Below are positions 62,204-64,000 of a stretch of DNA of 64,000 nucleotides, in pieces (the first letter of the stretch is position 1; each line of letters starts with the position of its first letter). A program made the translations under genes and the position numbers. The notes below the pieces were generated by a model. The model did not search any database and was not told the origin of the DNA. It saw nothing but the letters and a program-made list of their open reading frames with translations. Source of the DNA: Nostoc sp. DedSLP01 (lineage in GTDB: Bacteria; Cyanobacteriota; Cyanobacteriia; Cyanobacteriales; Nostocaceae); assembly GCA_034530875.2 (NCBI GenBank), contig JAVRCJ020000018.1:96001-160000 (forward strand), written 5' to 3'.

Positions 62204-63463
62204 TTATTTGCCAATTTCCTCACTAACAATCTTTGCTAATTTTTGGGCTGCTCCGCTTTCGCCGCGAACCTGCCGTAAGTTGGCTCGGATATCCTCTAAT
62301 TTTTCTGGGTGAGCTAAAAAATCTAAGACCATTTCTCCAACTTCTGCCGGTTGGAGTTTGCCTACAAGTTCTGGCACTATTTCTTTCTGTGCCCAAATAT
62401 TCGGCCATGCTAATAAACCTTTGCGTCTGAGAAATACCCAGTTAATCGCCTTAGCAAAGGTGGAACCCACCCCTGGCAAATTTGCCAATAAACCCGGTAA
62501 ACCATCCCAAGAGCGCATTGCATCTAATTGTTGGGTAGGTAGTAAAACAATCATCGGTACGCCTAAAGCGCCAAGTTCAGCGGTGTTTGCCCCTACCGTA
62601 GTTAGGCAAATGCTGCACTGTGATAATAAATTGTGTGCGGGGTTTTCTTGCCACAATTCTACAGTTATACCTGTCTGTGTTTTTAAGAATGGCTTGCTTT
62701 TTCCGTCTTCTGGAACGATTAAGGAAACACTGCTAATACCAAAAGTTTCCACAAAAGGGTTTTTTTCGGAATCGCCAAAACTAGCTAAGGTTTGTAAATC
62801 GACCGTTGGAGCAACAGGAATCACAAATTTAGTTTGAGGTTTGTTGGCATGAATGTATTCGGCGATCGCTACCATTAAAGGTATGCCTTGAGTTAATTTT
62901 GCCGCTTTTGAACCCGGTAACAAACCAATTAAATGCTCCGTAGAGATGTCATTAATCGCGTCTGTTATAAGTTGTGCTTGGGCTTCTAACATCAAATCTC
63001 CCACAACAGTGAATTTGTGGGCATATTTTTGGGCAACACCGGCACTAACTTGGGGTTTCATAACTCCGAAGCGGTCAATCCAGTTATGCCAACGAGCTTC
63101 CCATTCAGCGTAAACAACTGTGCGATATCCTAGTTTTTTGCCAATAACTACGGGGAAAATTTGATCGCCACCAAGGAAAACGACTACACCGCGGCTTCTC
63201 CAGTCCCAATTATCAAATGTTTTGCCCGAGAGCAAAAATTGCCAAAAATGTTCTGCCGCTTGAACTCTGTCTACTTCTGGGTAAGAAAGAGCGATCGCAG
63301 CTTCTTTACCAGTAGCATGGGGACAAGGGGATAGAACTACAGAAATCCTCACAACAGAACGGTCATCCCCTAGTTCTTGCCGCAACGCCTTGACTACTGG
63401 ACGCACCCAAGTTGTTACTTCTCCTGGGCCGTTGGAGAGAATGAGAATATCTACTGGAGTCAC
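62204..63463 (-). CDS. Lipid-A-disaccharide synthase-related (LpxB-like) glycosyltransferase
   Basis: LSNGPGE, VGDLM, LLPGSK, GANTAEL, AWPNIWA...VPEL. Confidence 0.8.
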   Translation of the reverse strand: MTPVDILILSNGPGEVTTWVRPVVKALRQELGDDRSVVRISVVLSPCPHATGKEAAIALSYPEVDRVQAAEHFWQFLLSGKTFDNWDWRSRGVVVFLGGDQIFPVVIGKKLGYRTVVYAEWEARWHNWIDRFGVMKPQVSAGVAQKYAHKFTVVGDLMLEAQAQLITDAINDISTEHLIGLLPGSKAAKLTQGIPLMVAIAEYIHANKPQTKFVIPVAPTVDLQTLASFGDSEKNPFVETFGISSVSLIVPEDGKSKPFLKTQTGITVELWQENPAHNLLSQCSICLTTVGANTAELGALGVPMIVLLPTQQLDAMRSWDGLPGLLANLPGVGSTFAKAINWVFLRRKGLLAWPNIWAQKEIVPELVGKLQPAEVGEMVLDFLAHPEKLEDIRANLRQVRGESGAAQKLAKIVSEEIGK

Positions 63464-63579
63464 AATAATTCGTAATTCGTAATTCGTAATTCGTAATTTT
63501 TGCCTTACGACTGAAGTCGGGGGCTTGAAATAATGATACTACGCGTTTTTATGTTTCTATTGATGAATCAAGGGGATTA

Positions 63580-63737
63580 TATAGGACTCACATTTGATTG
63601 CGTGAAAAAAACAGTACATCCGGACAAGGCTTCTGTCCTACTCCCTACTCCCCATTCCCTATTCCCTGTCTATCGCGCTTGCGCTGCGCTTAGCGCACCA
63701 CACAACTAAATTCTCCAAATCAAACCGGATTCCTATA
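63580..63737. repeat. MITE-like element copy E
   Basis: TATAGGACTCACATTTGATT ... AATCAAACCGGATTCCTATA. Confidence 0.7.
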
Positions 63738-63757
63738 GCTATTTAATGTGGAACAAC

Positions 63758-64000
63758 TTATTTACGCGGTTGTGCTGAATTGGCTGGAGTAATATTTGCG
63801 GAGTAGATATGCCATCTTTGCTGTTCTGGAGTTGAGCCAGGAACTTGATTGACTCGTCGCAGCACGTAACTACCGTGAAATCGCTCTGGAGTTCCATTAA
63901 TGGTGACAGCAGTAATAGTAACTGGAATTTCAATGTATAACGAGCCTGCGGCCGCGTCTAATCTCCCTGGTTCTCCAATTTCAGCAGCAACCGATGCAGT
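63758..64000 (-). CDS. 3' end of a hypothetical protein (runs off the window edge)
   Basis: Minus frame open from 64000 to TAA at 63758-63760: ...DAAAGSLYIEIPVTI...GSYVLRRVNQVPGSTPEQQRWHIYSA... Confidence 0.7.
   Translation of the reverse strand, partial: TASVAAEIGEPGRLDAAAGSLYIEIPVTITAVTINGTPERFHGSYVLRRVNQVPGSTPEQQRWHIYSANITPANSAQPRK

Noticed and set aside
63739..63933. 64-aa minus-strand ORF in the track
   Set aside because: It overlaps a more protein-like frame (63758-64000) that runs off the window edge.

Overview
This is a 64 kb chromosomal window from a heterocyst-forming (Nostocales-type) cyanobacterium, judged from abundant HIP1 GCGATCGC octamers, heptamer tandem repeats, nifH, petG and cytM. 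From left to right it holds: the 5' part of an IS200/IS605-type tnpB with a divergent ribbon-helix-helix gene; a 1711-aa double hybrid histidine kinase; an MPBQ/MSBQ-type methyltransferase; a compact island of three RRM (rbp) genes with rpsU, a thioredoxin and three unknown ORFs; a stand-alone nifH; a tandem-CAP protein; a Ser/Thr kinase-AAA-His kinase and a second hybrid kinase; housekeeping genes (hisH, rsmD, petG, cytM); and the scytonemin sunscreen cluster (scyA-F, glycosyltransferase, tyrA, trpE(G)CA, tyrosinase, trpB, trpD, DAHP synthase) with its divergent kinase/AraC regulator pair followed by a thioredoxin. The scytonemin pathway is known. The less obvious signals are: (1) an RBS-occluding leader hairpin with compensatory changes shared by all three rbp genes; (2) repeated operator-like motifs upstream of scyA; (3) a CPRC motif in the scy sensor kinase with a co-oriented thioredoxin; (4) apparent loss of dsbA/aroB and erosion of tyrA; (5) the RHH-tnpB pairing; (6) several small repeat families, some inserted in-frame in proteins. 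All homology calls come from recognising motifs by eye; no database searches were run.
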